From NCBI GenBank assembly GCA_024762995.1, contig JANTGI010000001.1, positions 29,971 through 93,970 of the forward strand: a DNA stretch of 64,000 bases, given 5' to 3'. Every line of letters starts with the position of its first letter. Within the stretch, counting starts at the first letter, position 1. The position numbers were made by a program, and so were the translations under genes. Origin of the DNA: Saprospiraceae bacterium. GTDB taxonomy: Bacteria > Bacteroidota > Bacteroidia > Chitinophagales > Saprospiraceae. The notes under the pieces were generated by a model. That model was given only the letters and a program-made list of their open reading frames with translations. It did no database searches and was not told the origin of the DNA. Shown piece by piece: positions 28,761 through 40,294 of this stretch.

Positions 28761-29630
28761 ATGAAAATGCTAAAATTAATTTTGCCATTGTTTGTGATTA
28801 CCTTTTTGTCCACAGGGCTTATGGCTCAGGATGCAGAAAGCGTAAAAACGGAAACATCCTCCTTAGATTACCCCGATAAGCCTTTAGACGACGTTGTCGA
28901 AAGAAAGCTGACCGGTGAAAAAAGAGTGCTCCCATACGAAGCCATGCGCGAGGGCGATATCCTTTGGTCTAAAAAGATATGGAGGGTGGTAGATGTTAGG
29001 GAAAAAATGAACCTTCCTTTTGCATATCCTGAAAAGCCTTTGTTTTCTATCTTGGTTGATGGATTAAAAGACGGTGCGTTGACAGCGTATAGTGTCGAAG
29101 ATGATAAGTTCTCATTTCCTATCTCGAACTCAGACGTAGAGTCTATGTTGTACAGTGTCGATACGACTTTTGTCGTGGACCCCGAGACTTATGAAGAAAA
29201 GATGGAAGTGGTTAGGAACGAAATCGATGCGGAGAACGTAAAGCGCTATAGAATCAAGGAGATGTGGTTCTTTGATGCCGAGTCATCCACCATGCGTGTG
29301 CGTATATTAGGTATTGCGCCCATTATTGACAAGTTGGATGATAATGGTAATTTTCAGAGAGAGCAAGCTTTGTTTTGGATTTATTACCCTGACTCTCGTG
29401 AATGGTTGGCCAAATATCGTGTAGCTAACTTTGCAGGAAATGAGGCGAGTCCTATTACTTGGGAAGATTTGTTGGAAATGAGATTTTTCTCCAGCTATAT
29501 TTTGAAAGAGTCTAACGTGCGTAATCGCAGGATTCAAGATTATATGACCAATGGCGTGGATGCCTTACTGGAAGGAGAGAAGATTAAAAACTCCATCTTT
29601 AATTTTGAGCAAGATTTGTGGTCTTATTAG
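28761..29630 (+). CDS. gldN: gliding motility/T9SS protein GldN (PorN)
   Basis: 289 aa with a signal peptide. It carries the GldN signature ILWSKKIWRVVDVREKMNLPFAYP. It is the last gene of the gldKLMN array. Confidence 0.9.
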   Translation: MKMLKLILPLFVITFLSTGLMAQDAESVKTETSSLDYPDKPLDDVVERKLTGEKRVLPYEAMREGDILWSKKIWRVVDVREKMNLPFAYPEKPLFSILVDGLKDGALTAYSVEDDKFSFPISNSDVESMLYSVDTTFVVDPETYEEKMEVVRNEIDAENVKRYRIKEMWFFDAESSTMRVRILGIAPIIDKLDDNGNFQREQALFWIYYPDSREWLAKYRVANFAGNEASPITWEDLLEMRFFSSYILKESNVRNRRIQDYMTNGVDALLEGEKIKNSIFNFEQDLWSY

Positions 29631-29681
29631 ACCTTTAGCATAATCATAAATCTCCTGCCTGATGATTTTTTATTAGGTGGT

Positions 29682-29719
29682 AATAACGGGGCAGCTTTTG
29701 CTGCCCCGTTATTTTTTTT
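29682..29719 (+). terminator. rho-independent terminator after gldN
   Basis: A 14-bp perfect stem, AATAACGGGGCAGC-TTTT-GCTGCCCCGTTATT, is followed by a T-run. Confidence 0.85.
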
Positions 29720-29888
29720 GTATCTACTATTGTTCCCGGGTCTAATCTTGGCTTTAAAGACGAATCGTCAATAAGTTGCAGATAATTAGTGTGAAGTATA
29801 ATTGATTGATTGTCAGGTATTTAGGTCTAAATAGTTTTAAAGCGTTATTTTTTTTAAAAAATTAGTTTCATCTTATCGGAAAAAATAG

Positions 29889-29896
29889 TACCTTTG
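29889..29896 (+). promoter_or_regulatory. candidate -7 promoter box (TAccTTTG) of the str operon
   Basis: TACCTTTG lies 50 nt upstream of the rpsL ATG. Confidence 0.45.
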
Positions 29897-29945
29897 CATT
29901 CGCTTTTTTAACAAGGTGGTTTGTCCACTAATTAAGAAAAATTTT

Positions 29946-30320
29946 ATGCCAACAATTAACCAGTTAGTTCGTAAGAGCCGTAAGAAGATCGTCATGGCGA
30001 GCAAGTCTAGGGCTTTGGATAGCTGTCCCCAAAAGCGGGGCGTATGCACTAGAGTATATACGACTACACCTAAAAAACCTAACTCTGCATTGAGAAAGGT
30101 CGCAAAAGTAAAGTTGACTAACGGAATTGAAGTGATTGCTTATATTCCGGGAGAAGGTCATAATTTACAAGAGCACTCTATTGTTCTTGTAAGAGGTGGT
30201 AGAGTAAAAGATTTGCCGGGTGTAAGATATACGGTAGTCAGAGGAGCATTGGATACGGCAGGCGTAGATGATAGAAAACAAAGTCGTTCAAAATATGGCA
30301 CCAAGCGGCCTAAAAAATAA
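29946..30320 (+). CDS. rpsL: 30S ribosomal protein S12
   Basis: Canonical N-terminus [14 protein letters not shown] and the [10 protein letters not shown] motif. The ATG at 29946 is preferred over the upstream GTG of the track ORF. Confidence 0.97.
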   Translation: MPTINQLVRKSRKKIVMASKSRALDSCPQKRGVCTRVYTTTPKKPNSALRKVAKVKLTNGIEVIAYIPGEGHNLQEHSIVLVRGGRVKDLPGVRYTVVRGALDTAGVDDRKQSRSKYGTKRPKK

Positions 30321-30329
30321 TCTGTAAAG

Positions 30330-30797
30330 ATGAGAAAAAGAAAACCAAAAGTAAGGTATCTCGCTCCTGATCCAAGATATAACGATCAGATGGTTACTCG
30401 TTTTGTCAACAACATGATGTTTGAAGGCAAAAAGAGCTTGGCGTTTAAGATTTTTTATGATGCGATGGACATCGTTAAGGAGAAGACTTCCGAAAATGAA
30501 TTGGAAATCTGGAGAAAAGCCTTAAATAACGTGATGCCACAAGTGGAGGTAAGAAGTAGAAGAATTGGTGGTGCGACTTTCCAAATTCCTGTAGAATTGC
30601 CTGCCAGACGTAAGGTGACCGTCGGGATGAAGTGGTTGATTACTTTTGCGCGTAAGCGCGGAGGACGCGGTATGGCTGAAAAGTTGGCTGCAGAAATAAT
30701 GGCTGCCGCAAAAGAAGAAGGAGCTGCAGTAAAAAGAAGAGAAGACGTGCACAAAATGGCTGAATCAAACAGAGCCTTTGCTCACTTTAAAGTTTAA
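30330..30797 (+). CDS. rpsG: 30S ribosomal protein S7
   Basis: 155 aa with S7 sequence (DPRYND..., [16 protein letters not shown]). Position follows rpsL. Confidence 0.97.
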   Translation: MRKRKPKVRYLAPDPRYNDQMVTRFVNNMMFEGKKSLAFKIFYDAMDIVKEKTSENELEIWRKALNNVMPQVEVRSRRIGGATFQIPVELPARRKVTVGMKWLITFARKRGGRGMAEKLAAEIMAAAKEEGAAVKRREDVHKMAESNRAFAHFKV

Positions 30798-30814
30798 ATT
30801 TTTTAAAAGAAATA

Positions 30815-32947
30815 ATGGCTAATCTTAAGTTTACACGGAATATTGGAATTGCTGCCCACGTCGATGCGGGTAAAACAACGATGACAGAGCGTATCTTGTT
30901 TTACACCGGTATCAACCACAAGATTGGTGAAGTGCATGATGGTGCTGCCACAATGGATTGGATGGAGCAAGAGCAAGAAAGAGGTATTACCATTACTTCT
31001 GCAGCTACTCGTACCCACTGGAAATGGAATGGTCAAGACTATGTAGTTAATATTATTGATACTCCCGGTCACGTGGACTTTACCGTGGAAGTCGAACGTT
31101 CCTTACGTGTATTGGATGGGGTTGTCGCTTTGTTTTGTGCGGTGTCCGGCGTAGAGCCGCAGTCAGAGACTGTTTGGCGTCAGGCAGATAGATATAAAGT
31201 GCCGCGTTTGGGGTTTGTGAACAAAATGGACAGATCCGGTGCGGATTTCTTTAAGGTTGTAAATGACGTTAGAGAAAAACTAGGAGCGAATCCGGTACCT
31301 TTACAAGTACCTATAGGAGCGGAAGATGATTTTAAAGGTGTTGTTGATTTATTGTCTAATAAGGCCATCGTTTGGGATGACGAAACGCATGGAATGACTT
31401 ATAAGGAGATTCCTATTCCGGAAGATTTAGTGGATATCGTTGAAGAGTATAGAGGAAATTTGGTGGAAGCTGTTGCAGAATATGACGATGCGATTTTGGA
31501 AAAATTCTTTGATGATCCGGATTCTATTTCGATTGAAGAAATGCAAGCAGCTATTCGCGCAGCGGTATTAGATATGAAGATTATCCCAATGATGTGTGGG
31601 TCTGCTTTTAAGAATAAAGGCGTACAAGCTGCCTTGGATGCGGTATGTACTTATTTGCCGTCACCGGTTGATATTGATGCTATTGAAGGAATAAATCCGG
31701 TTACAGAAGAACCCGAAATACGTAAGCCATCGATTGAGGAGCCTTTTGCGGCACTTGCGTTTAAAATTGCGACAGATCCATTTGTTGGACGGTTGGCCTA
31801 TATGCGTGTCTATTCCGGACAATTGGATGCAGGTTCGTATGTACTCAATACAAGATCAGGTAAGAAGGAGCGTATCTCTCGTATCTTCCAAATGCACTCT
31901 AATAAGCAGAATGCCATTGATAATGTACAGGCCGGCGATATTGCTGCTGTTGTTGGCTTTAAGGATGTTAGGACCGGGGACACGTTATGTGCTTTAGATA
32001 AACCGATTGTCTTAGAAAGTATGACTTTCCCTGATCCTGTAATCAGCGTAGCGATTGAGCCAAAATCACAAAAAGATATTGATAAACTAGGAACCGGTCT
32101 GTCTAAATTAGCAGAAGAAGATCCTACTTTTATCGTAAGATATAACGAGGACACCAACCAAACCGTTATTAGCGGAATGGGTGAGTTACACCTAGAAATT
32201 CTTGTAGATAGATTAAGAAGAGAGTTCAAAGTAGAGTGTAATCAAGGTGCTCCACAAGTAAACTATAAAGAAGCCCTTACGGAAACAGTTGATCACACCG
32301 AGCGCTTGAAAAAGCAAAGTGGTGGATCTGGTTTGTTTGCGGTCATGAGTTTCGAGCTTGGGCCTGCTGATGAAGAATTTTTGGAATCAGAAGACTACAA
32401 GTCAGGTAAGGTGAAGTTGCAGTTTGTTAACGGAATTGTTGGGGGGTCTATTCCAAAGGAATTATTGCCATCCGTTGTCAAAGGATTTACTTCGATGATG
32501 AGTAACGGTATTCTTGCCGGATACAACATTGACAGTATGAAAGTCAGAGTGTATGACGGTAAGACTCACCCGGTGGATTCCAAGCCAATAGCCTTTGAAC
32601 TATGTGCGAAGGAAGGGTTTAAAGCTGCCGCAAAGCAGGCAAAACCGGTATTGCTAGAACCAATTATGAAATTGGAAGTAGTGACTCCAGAAGAGTATGT
32701 AGGGGCGGTCATTGGTGATTTGAATAGAAGACGTGGTCTTCCAAAAGGGCAAAATGTCGCCCCGGGTGGTGCCGTAGCTATTTCTGCGGATGTACCCCTA
32801 TCAGAAATGTTTGGTTATGTCACTAACTTGCGTACCATTACGGCAGGTCGGGCATCATCATCCATGGAGTTCTCGCACTATGCTGCGGCTCCAAAAGGTA
32901 TTGCAAAGAAAGTAATTGATGAAGCCAACGGCGTAGTCAATTCATAA
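30815..32947 (+). CDS. fusA: elongation factor G
   Basis: 710 aa with GTPase motifs AHVDAGKTT and DTPGHVDF. Domain IV/V regions are present and the position fits the str operon. Confidence 0.97.
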   Translation: MANLKFTRNIGIAAHVDAGKTTMTERILFYTGINHKIGEVHDGAATMDWMEQEQERGITITSAATRTHWKWNGQDYVVNIIDTPGHVDFTVEVERSLRVLDGVVALFCAVSGVEPQSETVWRQADRYKVPRLGFVNKMDRSGADFFKVVNDVREKLGANPVPLQVPIGAEDDFKGVVDLLSNKAIVWDDETHGMTYKEIPIPEDLVDIVEEYRGNLVEAVAEYDDAILEKFFDDPDSISIEEMQAAIRAAVLDMKIIPMMCGSAFKNKGVQAALDAVCTYLPSPVDIDAIEGINPVTEEPEIRKPSIEEPFAALAFKIATDPFVGRLAYMRVYSGQLDAGSYVLNTRSGKKERISRIFQMHSNKQNAIDNVQAGDIAAVVGFKDVRTGDTLCALDKPIVLESMTFPDPVISVAIEPKSQKDIDKLGTGLSKLAEEDPTFIVRYNEDTNQTVISGMGELHLEILVDRLRREFKVECNQGAPQVNYKEALTETVDHTERLKKQSGGSGLFAVMSFELGPADEEFLESEDYKSGKVKLQFVNGIVGGSIPKELLPSVVKGFTSMMSNGILAGYNIDSMKVRVYDGKTHPVDSKPIAFELCAKEGFKAAAKQAKPVLLEPIMKLEVVTPEEYVGAVIGDLNRRRGLPKGQNVAPGGAVAISADVPLSEMFGYVTNLRTITAGRASSSMEFSHYAAAPKGIAKKVIDEANGVVNS

Positions 32948-32978
32948 ATAAATTTTTTAATTGATTTGAAACAGGGTT

Positions 32979-33287
32979 ATGAATCAGAAAATCAGGATTA
33001 AGTTACGTTCATATGACCACAATTTGGTTGATAAGTCAACTGCGAAGATTGTGAAGACTGTACGTAACAGCGGGGCTCTTGTAGTCGGTCCGATTCCGCT
33101 GCCCACGAAGAAAGAGATCTTTACGGTCTTGCGTTCACCACACGTGAACAAGAAATCTCGTGAGCAGTTCCAGCTAAGAACGCACAAGCGTTTGATTGAA
33201 ATTTTTACTCCAACTCCTAAGACAGTCGATGCACTGTCCAAGTTGGAATTGCCGAGTGGTGTGGATATTCAGGTGAAGCTTTTTTAA
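32979..33287 (+). CDS. rpsJ: 30S ribosomal protein S10
   Basis: 102 aa with [12 protein letters not shown] and [13 protein letters not shown]. Confidence 0.97.
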   Translation: MNQKIRIKLRSYDHNLVDKSTAKIVKTVRNSGALVVGPIPLPTKKEIFTVLRSPHVNKKSREQFQLRTHKRLIEIFTPTPKTVDALSKLELPSGVDIQVKLF

Positions 33288-33354
33288 GCAGCATCTCGAA
33301 TACATACTTGACTGATATAACATATTTCCTTTTTAAATTTTAAAATCGTTAACT

Positions 33355-33975
33355 GTGGACGGTTTAATAGGTAGAAAAATTGGCATGACCAGTATCTATG
33401 ATGATGCAGGTCGTAATGTAGCGTGTACGGTGATTGAAGCCGGACCTTGTGCCATTACGCAAGTAAAACGCCCCGAAACGGACGGATACTACGCCATACA
33501 ACTTGGCTTCTTAGATGCCAAAGAAAAGAATACAACTAAGGCTCTGAAAGGACATTTTGCGAAAGCAGGTGCAACCCCTAAGAGAAAAATTGTCGAATTT
33601 AGAGATGCTGAATTAGATAAGGGACTTGGTGATATTGTTACAGCAGCTGATGTCTTCGAAGAAGGAGACCTTGTAGATGTTGTAGGAACATCTAAAGGTA
33701 AAGGTTTTCAAGGTGTTGTAAAAAGACATGGATTTGGTGGTGTGGGAGATGCGACACATGGTCAGCATAACCGACTAAGAGCACCGGGTTCTATTGGGGC
33801 TGCTTCTTATCCTGCGAAAGTAATCAAAGGAATGAGAATGGCCGGTCAGACGGGCAACAAAAGAGTGAAAACGCAAAATCTGACGATTTTGAAGATTTTT
33901 CCGGAAAAGAATCTTATTCTTGTGAAGGGGGCTGTACCCGGTCACAAAGGAGCTTTTGTAATCATTGAAAAATAG
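33355..33975 (+). CDS. rplC: 50S ribosomal protein L3
   Basis: 206 aa with [13 protein letters not shown] and [10 protein letters not shown]. The start codon is GTG. Confidence 0.95.
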   Translation: MDGLIGRKIGMTSIYDDAGRNVACTVIEAGPCAITQVKRPETDGYYAIQLGFLDAKEKNTTKALKGHFAKAGATPKRKIVEFRDAELDKGLGDIVTAADVFEEGDLVDVVGTSKGKGFQGVVKRHGFGGVGDATHGQHNRLRAPGSIGAASYPAKVIKGMRMAGQTGNKRVKTQNLTILKIFPEKNLILVKGAVPGHKGAFVIIEK

Positions 33976-34004
33976 GAACTTAGGTTCTAATAAATCATCG
34001 AGAA

Positions 34005-34646
34005 ATGAAAATCGATATAGTTAATACACAAGGAAGTGCGACCGGTCGTCAAGCAGAGCTTCTTGATAGCGTCTTCGGGATTCAAGTCAACGAGCACTCT
34101 ATGTACCTTGCGGTAAAACAATACCTAGCCAATCAAAGGCAAGGTACCCACAAAGCTAAAGAACGCGGAGAAATCACCGGCTCTACCAAAAAGCTTTTTA
34201 AGCAAAAAGGAACAGGGGGGGCTAGACGTGGTAATATAAAGAGTCCGTTGCTTCGTGGCGGTGGTCGGGCATTCGGTCCTCGCCCAAGAAATTATGGCTT
34301 TAAGTTGAATAAAAAAGTGAAGTCTCTTGCGAGAAACTCTGCACTTAGTTCTAAGATGGCTGCCGGAGAGATTAAGGTGGTCGAAGACTTTGTGATGGAA
34401 ACACCGAATACAAAGGAAATCAATAACATCTTGAATAGTGTCAAAGGAGGCTTCAAAAAGGTGCTATTGGTGACGAAGGATTTTAATCCTACTATTATGA
34501 AAGCGGCTGGCAATATTTCAGAAGTTGAAGTGCTTGCGGCAAAAGATATTAATACTTATCAATTGTTGAATGGAGATGTGATTCTTTTTCAAGAAGGTGC
34601 GATAAGTGTGGTGAACGAAATTTGTTCAAAATACAGTAAGAATTAA
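34005..34646 (+). CDS. rplD: 50S ribosomal protein L4
   Basis: 213 aa with KQKGTGGARRG and S10-operon order. Confidence 0.95.
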   Translation: MKIDIVNTQGSATGRQAELLDSVFGIQVNEHSMYLAVKQYLANQRQGTHKAKERGEITGSTKKLFKQKGTGGARRGNIKSPLLRGGGRAFGPRPRNYGFKLNKKVKSLARNSALSSKMAAGEIKVVEDFVMETPNTKEINNILNSVKGGFKKVLLVTKDFNPTIMKAAGNISEVEVLAAKDINTYQLLNGDVILFQEGAISVVNEICSKYSKN

Positions 34647-34657
34647 ATTGTCATAAG

Positions 34658-34954
34658 ATGATCAAACGTATTCTAATAAAGCCTGTCATTACTGAAAAAT
34701 CTGAACTTTTGAGTTCATCGAATAATCAGTACTCTTTTGTCGTCGATAAAAAGGCCAACAAAATTGAGATTAAAAAGGCTATTGAAAACAAATATGGTGT
34801 GACCGTTGAAAGTGTTAGCACGATGATTGTGCCCGGTAAGTCTAAGACTAGAGCTACAAGGTCCGGTTATGTGAAAGGTCGCACATCTAGTTTTAAGAAA
34901 GCCATCATTTCAGTTGCTGAAGGTGAAGAGCTAAACATTTACGGAGAAGTTTAA
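34658..34954 (+). CDS. rplW: 50S ribosomal protein L23
   Basis: 98 aa. L23-like sequence (PVITEKS..., FVVDKKANKIEIKKA) in the expected position. Confidence 0.95.
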   Translation: MIKRILIKPVITEKSELLSSSNNQYSFVVDKKANKIEIKKAIENKYGVTVESVSTMIVPGKSKTRATRSGYVKGRTSSFKKAIISVAEGEELNIYGEV

Positions 34955-34966
34955 ATCGTTTAAACC

Positions 34967-35791
34967 ATGGGAATCAAGAAATATAAGCCAGTCAGTCCGG
35001 GTTTGCGTACAAGAGTAACTAACTCTTTCGCGGAAGTGACTACGGACAAGCCAGAAAAGAGCTTATTGGCGAAAAAAAGTAAATCAGGGGGTAGAAATAG
35101 CTCTGGTCGCATGACGGTACGTCAAAAAGGCGGTGGTCACAAACAACGCTATAGAGTCATTGATTTTAAGCGGGATAAGGATGGGGTACCTGGTACAATA
35201 AAGACTATTGAGTATGATCCCAATAGATCCGCATTTATAGCTCTAGTTTGGTATGCAGATGGAGATAAGAGATATATTCTTGCTCCACGTGGCATCCAAG
35301 TCGGAGATGTCATCTTATCAGGCGAAAAAGCAACTCCGGATGTTGGTAATACCTTGTTTTTAAAGGATATTCCTTTAGGTTCGGAAATTCATAATATTGA
35401 AATGCACCCCGGACAAGGCGGAGCCATTGTTAGAAGCGCCGGTGTCTATGCGGTTTTGACGGGTAAGGAAGGACGGTACGCTATCGTGAAGTTACCTTCC
35501 GGTGAAATGCGTCGAATCTTAATCACCTGCAAAGCAACGATGGGAAAAGTCAGTAACCAAGACCACAACTTGTTGGTGGTGGGTAAGGCCGGAGCCAATA
35601 GATGGCGTGGAAAGCGTCCTCATGTGCGTGGTGTCGTCATGAATCCGGTGGATCACCCAATGGGTGGTGGAGAAGGACGTGCTTCAGGAGGACATCCAAG
35701 ATCCCGTACGGGAATCAAGGCTAAAGGTCAGAAGACACGTAGCCGGACGAAGCATTCCAACAAGTTAATCATTTCAAAAAGAAAAAAATAA
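34967..35791 (+). CDS. rplB: 50S ribosomal protein L2
   Basis: 274 aa with GGGHKQRYR and [13 protein letters not shown]. Confidence 0.97.
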   Translation: MGIKKYKPVSPGLRTRVTNSFAEVTTDKPEKSLLAKKSKSGGRNSSGRMTVRQKGGGHKQRYRVIDFKRDKDGVPGTIKTIEYDPNRSAFIALVWYADGDKRYILAPRGIQVGDVILSGEKATPDVGNTLFLKDIPLGSEIHNIEMHPGQGGAIVRSAGVYAVLTGKEGRYAIVKLPSGEMRRILITCKATMGKVSNQDHNLLVVGKAGANRWRGKRPHVRGVVMNPVDHPMGGGEGRASGGHPRSRTGIKAKGQKTRSRTKHSNKLIISKRKK

Positions 35792-35802
35792 ATTCTTAAG
35801 AT

Positions 35803-36072
35803 ATGCCTAGATCGCTGAAAAAAGGACCTTACGTGTACCACAAATTGCTAAAGAAGGTAGCTAAGGCTAAAGAATCTAACAAGAAACAGTTGATTAAGAC
35901 TTGGTCGAGATCATCAATGATTATTCCGGATATGGTTGGAGAAACCATCGGAGTTCATAATGGGAAAATACACGTCCCTGTATTTGTCACAGAGAGTATG
36001 GTTGGCCACAAGCTAGGTGAATTTGCTGCGACAAGAACCTTTAAAGGTCATTCGGGTAACCGAAAGAAATAA
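35803..36072 (+). CDS. rpsS: 30S ribosomal protein S19
   Basis: 89 aa with [10 protein letters not shown] and GHKLGEFA. Confidence 0.97.
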   Translation: MPRSLKKGPYVYHKLLKKVAKAKESNKKQLIKTWSRSSMIIPDMVGETIGVHNGKIHVPVFVTESMVGHKLGEFAATRTFKGHSGNRKK

Positions 36073-36107
36073 ACCATTTTTTTAGAGTTTGTAACTGATA
36101 GTGTGAA

Positions 36108-36497
36108 ATGGAAGCTATAGCAAAATTAAAAAATTGTCCCATGTCTCCTCGTAAGATGAGATTGATTGCGGACTTGATTCGGAATAAACCCGTCGATGAG
36201 GCACTTGGTATTCTTAAGTTTACCAAAAATGAAGCCGCTACTTGGTTAGAGAAGCTACTCCTTTCTGCCGTGGCCAACTGGGAATACAAATTGGAAGGCC
36301 GTGTTGATTCTGATGACTACGCCCTTGTCGTTAAGACTATTTTTGTGGATGGTGGTAGAATGCTAAAACGGATTCAACCCGCCCCACAAGGAAGAGCACA
36401 TAGAGTTCGGAAGCGTTCTAATCATGTGACCATTATAATTGAAAACACCCTGCCTTTGGAGACGGAGTCTTCTATGGTAGAAATTGAAGAAGAATAA
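36108..36497 (+). CDS. rplV: 50S ribosomal protein L22
   Basis: 129 aa. L22-like ([13 protein letters not shown]) with a short acidic tail. Operon position fits. Confidence 0.95.
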   Translation: MEAIAKLKNCPMSPRKMRLIADLIRNKPVDEALGILKFTKNEAATWLEKLLLSAVANWEYKLEGRVDSDDYALVVKTIFVDGGRMLKRIQPAPQGRAHRVRKRSNHVTIIIENTLPLETESSMVEIEEE

Positions 36498-36507
36498 ATC
36501 ACTCAGA

Positions 36508-37218
36508 ATGGGTCAAAAAACAAATCCAATAGGAAATAGATTGGGAATCATCCGCGGATGGGAGTCCAATTGGTATGGTGGAAAAAACTTCGCTGAAAAT
36601 GTAGTTCAAGATGAAGAAATTCGTCGTTATTTGAGAGCTCGTATTAGCAAAGGGGGTATTTCTAGAATTGTTCTGGAAAGAACTTTGAAGAGAGTTACGG
36701 TTACTATTCATACTTCAAGACCGGGTATCGTCATTGGTAAAGGAGGGAAGGAAGTAGAACGGCTAAAACATGAATTGAAAAAATTAACTGGCAAAGATGT
36801 TCAGATTAATATTCATGAAGTCCGCAGACCTGAACTCGATGCTTATATTGTTGGGGAAACCATTGCCCGTCAACTAGAAGCTAGAATGAATTACCGAAGA
36901 GCCATCAAAGGGGCTATTCAATCAACAACCAGAGCCGGCGCAGGTGGAATTAAAGTGCGTATCTCCGGTCGTTTGAATGGTGCAGAGATCGCTCGGTCTG
37001 AAGAATACAAAGAAGGACGTATTCCTTTGCATACCTTCCGTGCGGATATTGATTATGCCTTAGTAGAAGCCTTAACCATGTACGGAATCATAGGCATTAA
37101 AGTGTGGATTTTCAAAGGGGAAGTATTGACAAAGAGAGATTTGATGCCTACGGCAGTCAGGGATCAAAAGCAGCAACACAGAAAAGGTGGCGGCGGAAGA
37201 AGAAATAGACGCCGTTAA
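36508..37218 (+). CDS. rpsC: 30S ribosomal protein S3
   Basis: [15 protein letters not shown]-terminus and a KH domain. The C-terminal tail is G/R-rich. The ATG at 36508 is preferred over the track start at 36484. Confidence 0.96.
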   Translation: MGQKTNPIGNRLGIIRGWESNWYGGKNFAENVVQDEEIRRYLRARISKGGISRIVLERTLKRVTVTIHTSRPGIVIGKGGKEVERLKHELKKLTGKDVQINIHEVRRPELDAYIVGETIARQLEARMNYRRAIKGAIQSTTRAGAGGIKVRISGRLNGAEIARSEEYKEGRIPLHTFRADIDYALVEALTMYGIIGIKVWIFKGEVLTKRDLMPTAVRDQKQQHRKGGGGRRNRRR

Positions 37219-37243
37219 ACTAGATTTTAAAAAAATAAAGTCG

Positions 37244-37251
37244 TAACTTTG
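37244..37251 (+). promoter_or_regulatory. candidate internal -7 box (TAacTTTG) in the rpsC-rplP gap
   Basis: TAACTTTG lies 36 nt upstream of the rplP ATG, in a 68-nt spacer that is unusually long for this operon. Confidence 0.3.
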
Positions 37252-37286
37252 CAGCCCTTTTTAGGGTCGAGTAAAAATATAACGTC

Positions 37287-37706
37287 ATGTTACAACCGAA
37301 AAGAACAAAATATAGAAAGCAACAGAAGGGAAGAAACCGTGGGTTGGCCCATCGAGGTAGTACTGTTGACTTTGGTAGCTATGGGCTGAAGTCTATGGAT
37401 GCCGGGATGTTGACGAGTCGGCAGATTGAAGCAGCTCGTGTCGCCTTGACTCGTTACCTAAAGCGGGAAGGTAAAGTGTGGATTCGAGTTTTTCCGGACA
37501 AGCCAATTACTTCTAAGCCTTTGGAAGTACGGATGGGTAAAGGTAAAGGAGCGCTGGATCACTATGTGGCAGTAATTCGACCAGGTCGGATTTTATTTGA
37601 AATTGACGGAGTTGATTTTGAACTAGCCAAAGAAGCCTTTAGGTTGGCTGCTCAAAAATTGCCGGTTTTAACCAAAACAGTAAAAAGAATCGATTTAAGA
37701 TCGTAA
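37287..37706 (+). CDS. rplP: 50S ribosomal protein L16
   Basis: 139 aa with [16 protein letters not shown]. Confidence 0.97.
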   Translation: MLQPKRTKYRKQQKGRNRGLAHRGSTVDFGSYGLKSMDAGMLTSRQIEAARVALTRYLKREGKVWIRVFPDKPITSKPLEVRMGKGKGALDHYVAVIRPGRILFEIDGVDFELAKEAFRLAAQKLPVLTKTVKRIDLRS

Positions 37707-37717
37707 AATAGTTTGAT

Positions 37718-37981
37718 ATGGCTTCGGATAAGATGAATGAATTAAAAAGCATGACGATAGATGAGTTAAAAACTCACTTGATGCAGTTGGAAGTGGCTTA
37801 CAACGACAGTAAATTTGATCATGCTACTATGGGTTTAGAAAATCCACTTGAGCTTCGCGGCAAGAGACGGGAGATTGCTCAAATAAAGACTGTGATTCGT
37901 GAGCAAGAATTGGCTGAAATGACCCCGGAATTGCTGGCAAAACGGTCAAAAATTGTCCAACGTAGAAAAAAACGTAGGTAG
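37718..37981 (+). CDS. rpmC: 50S ribosomal protein L29
   Basis: 87 aa. It is L29-like and helical (ELKSMTIDELKTHL) with a basic C-terminal extension. It lies between rplP and rpsQ. The exact start is uncertain. Confidence 0.88.
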   Translation: MASDKMNELKSMTIDELKTHLMQLEVAYNDSKFDHATMGLENPLELRGKRREIAQIKTVIREQELAEMTPELLAKRSKIVQRRKKRR

Positions 37982-37999
37982 AACTACTGAAACAAAGAT

Positions 38000-38257
38000 A
38001 TGATGGAAAGAAATCTTAGAAAGATACGTACCGGTGTAGTTTCCAGTAACAAAATGGAAAAAACCATTACGGTCGTTGTTGAAAAACGCCTCAAACACCC
38101 CATTTATGGGAAATATGTGAAGCGTACCAAAAAATTTGTTGCGCATGATGAAAACAATGATTGCAACATTGGTGATGTAGTGAACATTATGGAGACTAGA
38201 CCACTAAGTAAAAGAAAAAGATGGCGCTTGATTGAAATCGTTGAGAAAGCCAAATAA
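38000..38257 (+). CDS. rpsQ: 30S ribosomal protein S17
   Basis: 85 aa. S17-like ([25 protein letters not shown]). Confidence 0.96.
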   Translation: MMERNLRKIRTGVVSSNKMEKTITVVVEKRLKHPIYGKYVKRTKKFVAHDENNDCNIGDVVNIMETRPLSKRKRWRLIEIVEKAK

Positions 38258-38278
38258 TTAATCCTTTAACGGAAGATC

Positions 38279-38647
38279 ATGATACAGCAAGAGTCAAGAC
38301 TAAAAGTTGCCGATAATAGTGGAGCCAAAGAAGTTCTTTGCATCCGGGTTCTCGGTAATTCAAAGCAAAGATACGCCTCCATTGGTGATCAAATTGTAGT
38401 GACTGTAAAATCTGCTTTCCCTGGAGGGGGCGTAAAGAAAGGAACTGTAACGAAAGCAGTGGTAGTGAGAACTAAAAAGCCTTTGAGAAGGGATGATGGC
38501 TCCTATATCCGCTTCGATGATAACGCAGTTGTCTTATTAAATGAAGCAGAAGAGCCTAGGGGTACACGGATTTTTGGTCCGGTGGCCCGTGAATTGAGAG
38601 CAAAGGACTACATGAAAATTGTTTCACTTGCACCTGAAGTACTTTAA
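38279..38647 (+). CDS. rplN: 50S ribosomal protein L14
   Basis: 122 aa with [17 protein letters not shown]. Confidence 0.98.
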   Translation: MIQQESRLKVADNSGAKEVLCIRVLGNSKQRYASIGDQIVVTVKSAFPGGGVKKGTVTKAVVVRTKKPLRRDDGSYIRFDDNAVVLLNEAEEPRGTRIFGPVARELRAKDYMKIVSLAPEVL

Positions 38648-38658
38648 ATTTAGCAAAA

Positions 38659-39009
38659 ATGGCTTTGAAGAAAAAAGAATATAAATCGGGTAAGCGTTTC
38701 GAACCGAAACTGCACATCAAAAAAGATGACATGGTTGTCGTCATCTCCGGCAATAGCAAAGGTCAAAAGGGAAAAGTACTACAAGTATTTCCTAAATTGG
38801 GTAAGGCCATTGTTGAAGGGGTGAATATGGTGACTAAGCACAAAAAGGCTACCCAAACTACAGAAAGCGGACGTGTTCAAGAACCGGCTGCTATTCATGT
38901 CGCAAAATTAATGGTGATTGATAAATCTGGTAATGCCACAAGAATTGGTCGTAAGATTGTTGACGGTAAGTTGGTCAGATATTCTAAAAAATCAGGTGAA
39001 ATTATTTAA
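38659..39009 (+). CDS. rplX: 50S ribosomal protein L24
   Basis: 116 aa with a KOW motif ([18 protein letters not shown]). The stop overlaps the rplE start (TAATG). Confidence 0.95.
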   Translation: MALKKKEYKSGKRFEPKLHIKKDDMVVVISGNSKGQKGKVLQVFPKLGKAIVEGVNMVTKHKKATQTTESGRVQEPAAIHVAKLMVIDKSGNATRIGRKIVDGKLVRYSKKSGEII

Positions 39010-39581
39010 TGATGAGTACTGCTACTAGCCCTACACTTAAAGGATACTATCAAGAAACTATCGTTCCTGCTCTAATGAAGCAGTTTAACTATAGTTCTGT
39101 CATGGAAGTCCCTAAGTTGTTAAAAATTACAGTAAACCAAACGGTTGGTGATGCTGTAAATGACAAGAAATTAATCGATAATGCCGCCGAGGAGCTAACG
39201 TTAATTACCGGTCAAAAACCGGCAATTATTTTGGCAAAGCGTTCTGTCTCAAACTTTAAGCTGAGAGAAGGGATGCCTATTGCCGTAAAAGTTACTTTAC
39301 GGAAGGTGAGAATGTACGAGTTCTTAGAAAGACTTGTGTCTATTGCCTTGCCAAGGGTGCGAGATTTTAGAGGAATTAATGATAAAGGTTTTGATGGTCG
39401 TGGTAATTACTCCATGGGTATCAAAGAACAGATTATTTTTCCTGAGATTAACTTGGATAAGATAAACAGAATCATGGGAATGGACATTTCTTTTGTGACA
39501 AGTGCAAAAACCGACGCAGAAGCATTGGCACTATTAAAAGCATTTGGAATGCCTTTCAAAAATCAAAATAAAAACAACTAG
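39009..39581 (+). CDS. rplE: 50S ribosomal protein L5
   Basis: 190 aa. L5-like ([29 protein letters not shown]). Confidence 0.96.
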   Translation: MMSTATSPTLKGYYQETIVPALMKQFNYSSVMEVPKLLKITVNQTVGDAVNDKKLIDNAAEELTLITGQKPAIILAKRSVSNFKLREGMPIAVKVTLRKVRMYEFLERLVSIALPRVRDFRGINDKGFDGRGNYSMGIKEQIIFPEINLDKINRIMGMDISFVTSAKTDAEALALLKAFGMPFKNQNKNN

Positions 39582-39582
39582 T

Positions 39583-39852
39583 ATGTCAAAGAAATCATTG
39601 ATAGCGAGAGAGAAGAAGAGAGAGAGAATGGTTGCTAAGTATGCTGACCTTAGGAAAAAGCTAAAAGAAGCTGGAGATTATGAAGCACTGGATAAGTTGC
39701 CTAAAAATTCTGCAGCAGTAAGATTGCACAATAGATGTCAGCTTACCGGTCGTCCAAAGGGGTATATGCGTAGATTTGGAATTAGCAGAGTGACTTTTAG
39801 AGAAATGGCTTTAGCAGGGAAGATTCCCGGAGTAACAAAAGCTAGTTGGTAA
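39583..39852 (+). CDS. rpsN: 30S ribosomal protein S14
   Basis: 89 aa with [13 protein letters not shown] and a C-terminal [11 protein letters not shown]. It is the long, non-zinc type. The ATG at 39583 is preferred over the track start. Confidence 0.95.
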   Translation: MSKKSLIAREKKRERMVAKYADLRKKLKEAGDYEALDKLPKNSAAVRLHNRCQLTGRPKGYMRRFGISRVTFREMALAGKIPGVTKASW

Positions 39853-39870
39853 TTTTAAACAAAACTGAAG

Positions 39871-40272
39871 ATGTACGTTACTGATCCAATTGCAGACTAC
39901 TTGACTAGAATTCGTAATGCCCAAACTGCTGGACATAAGGTTGTTGAGATTCCTGCGTCAAAAATGAAAAAAAGTATTACGGAAATACTTTACGACCAAG
40001 GATATATTTTGAAGTATAAATTTGTAGATGATAACAAACAAGGTATCATCAAAATTGCTCTAAAATATGATCCAGTGACCAAAGTTCCGGTCATAAGAAG
40101 TCTCAAGAGATATTCTAAGCCCGGCTTAAGACAATATTTTGGTGTAGATGATATTCCTAGAGTTATTAATGGGCTCGGTATTGCCATTGTATCTACATCT
40201 AAAGGGGTGCTTACGGATAAGGAAGCCAGAAAGAATAATGTAGGGGGAGAAGTCCTTTGTACTATTTACTAA
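39871..40272 (+). CDS. rpsH: 30S ribosomal protein S8
   Basis: 133 aa with [13 protein letters not shown]. Confidence 0.97.
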   Translation: MYVTDPIADYLTRIRNAQTAGHKVVEIPASKMKKSITEILYDQGYILKYKFVDDNKQGIIKIALKYDPVTKVPVIRSLKRYSKPGLRQYFGVDDIPRVINGLGIAIVSTSKGVLTDKEARKNNVGGEVLCTIY

Positions 40273-40294
40273 TTTTGAAGAAGAAATTGTAATC

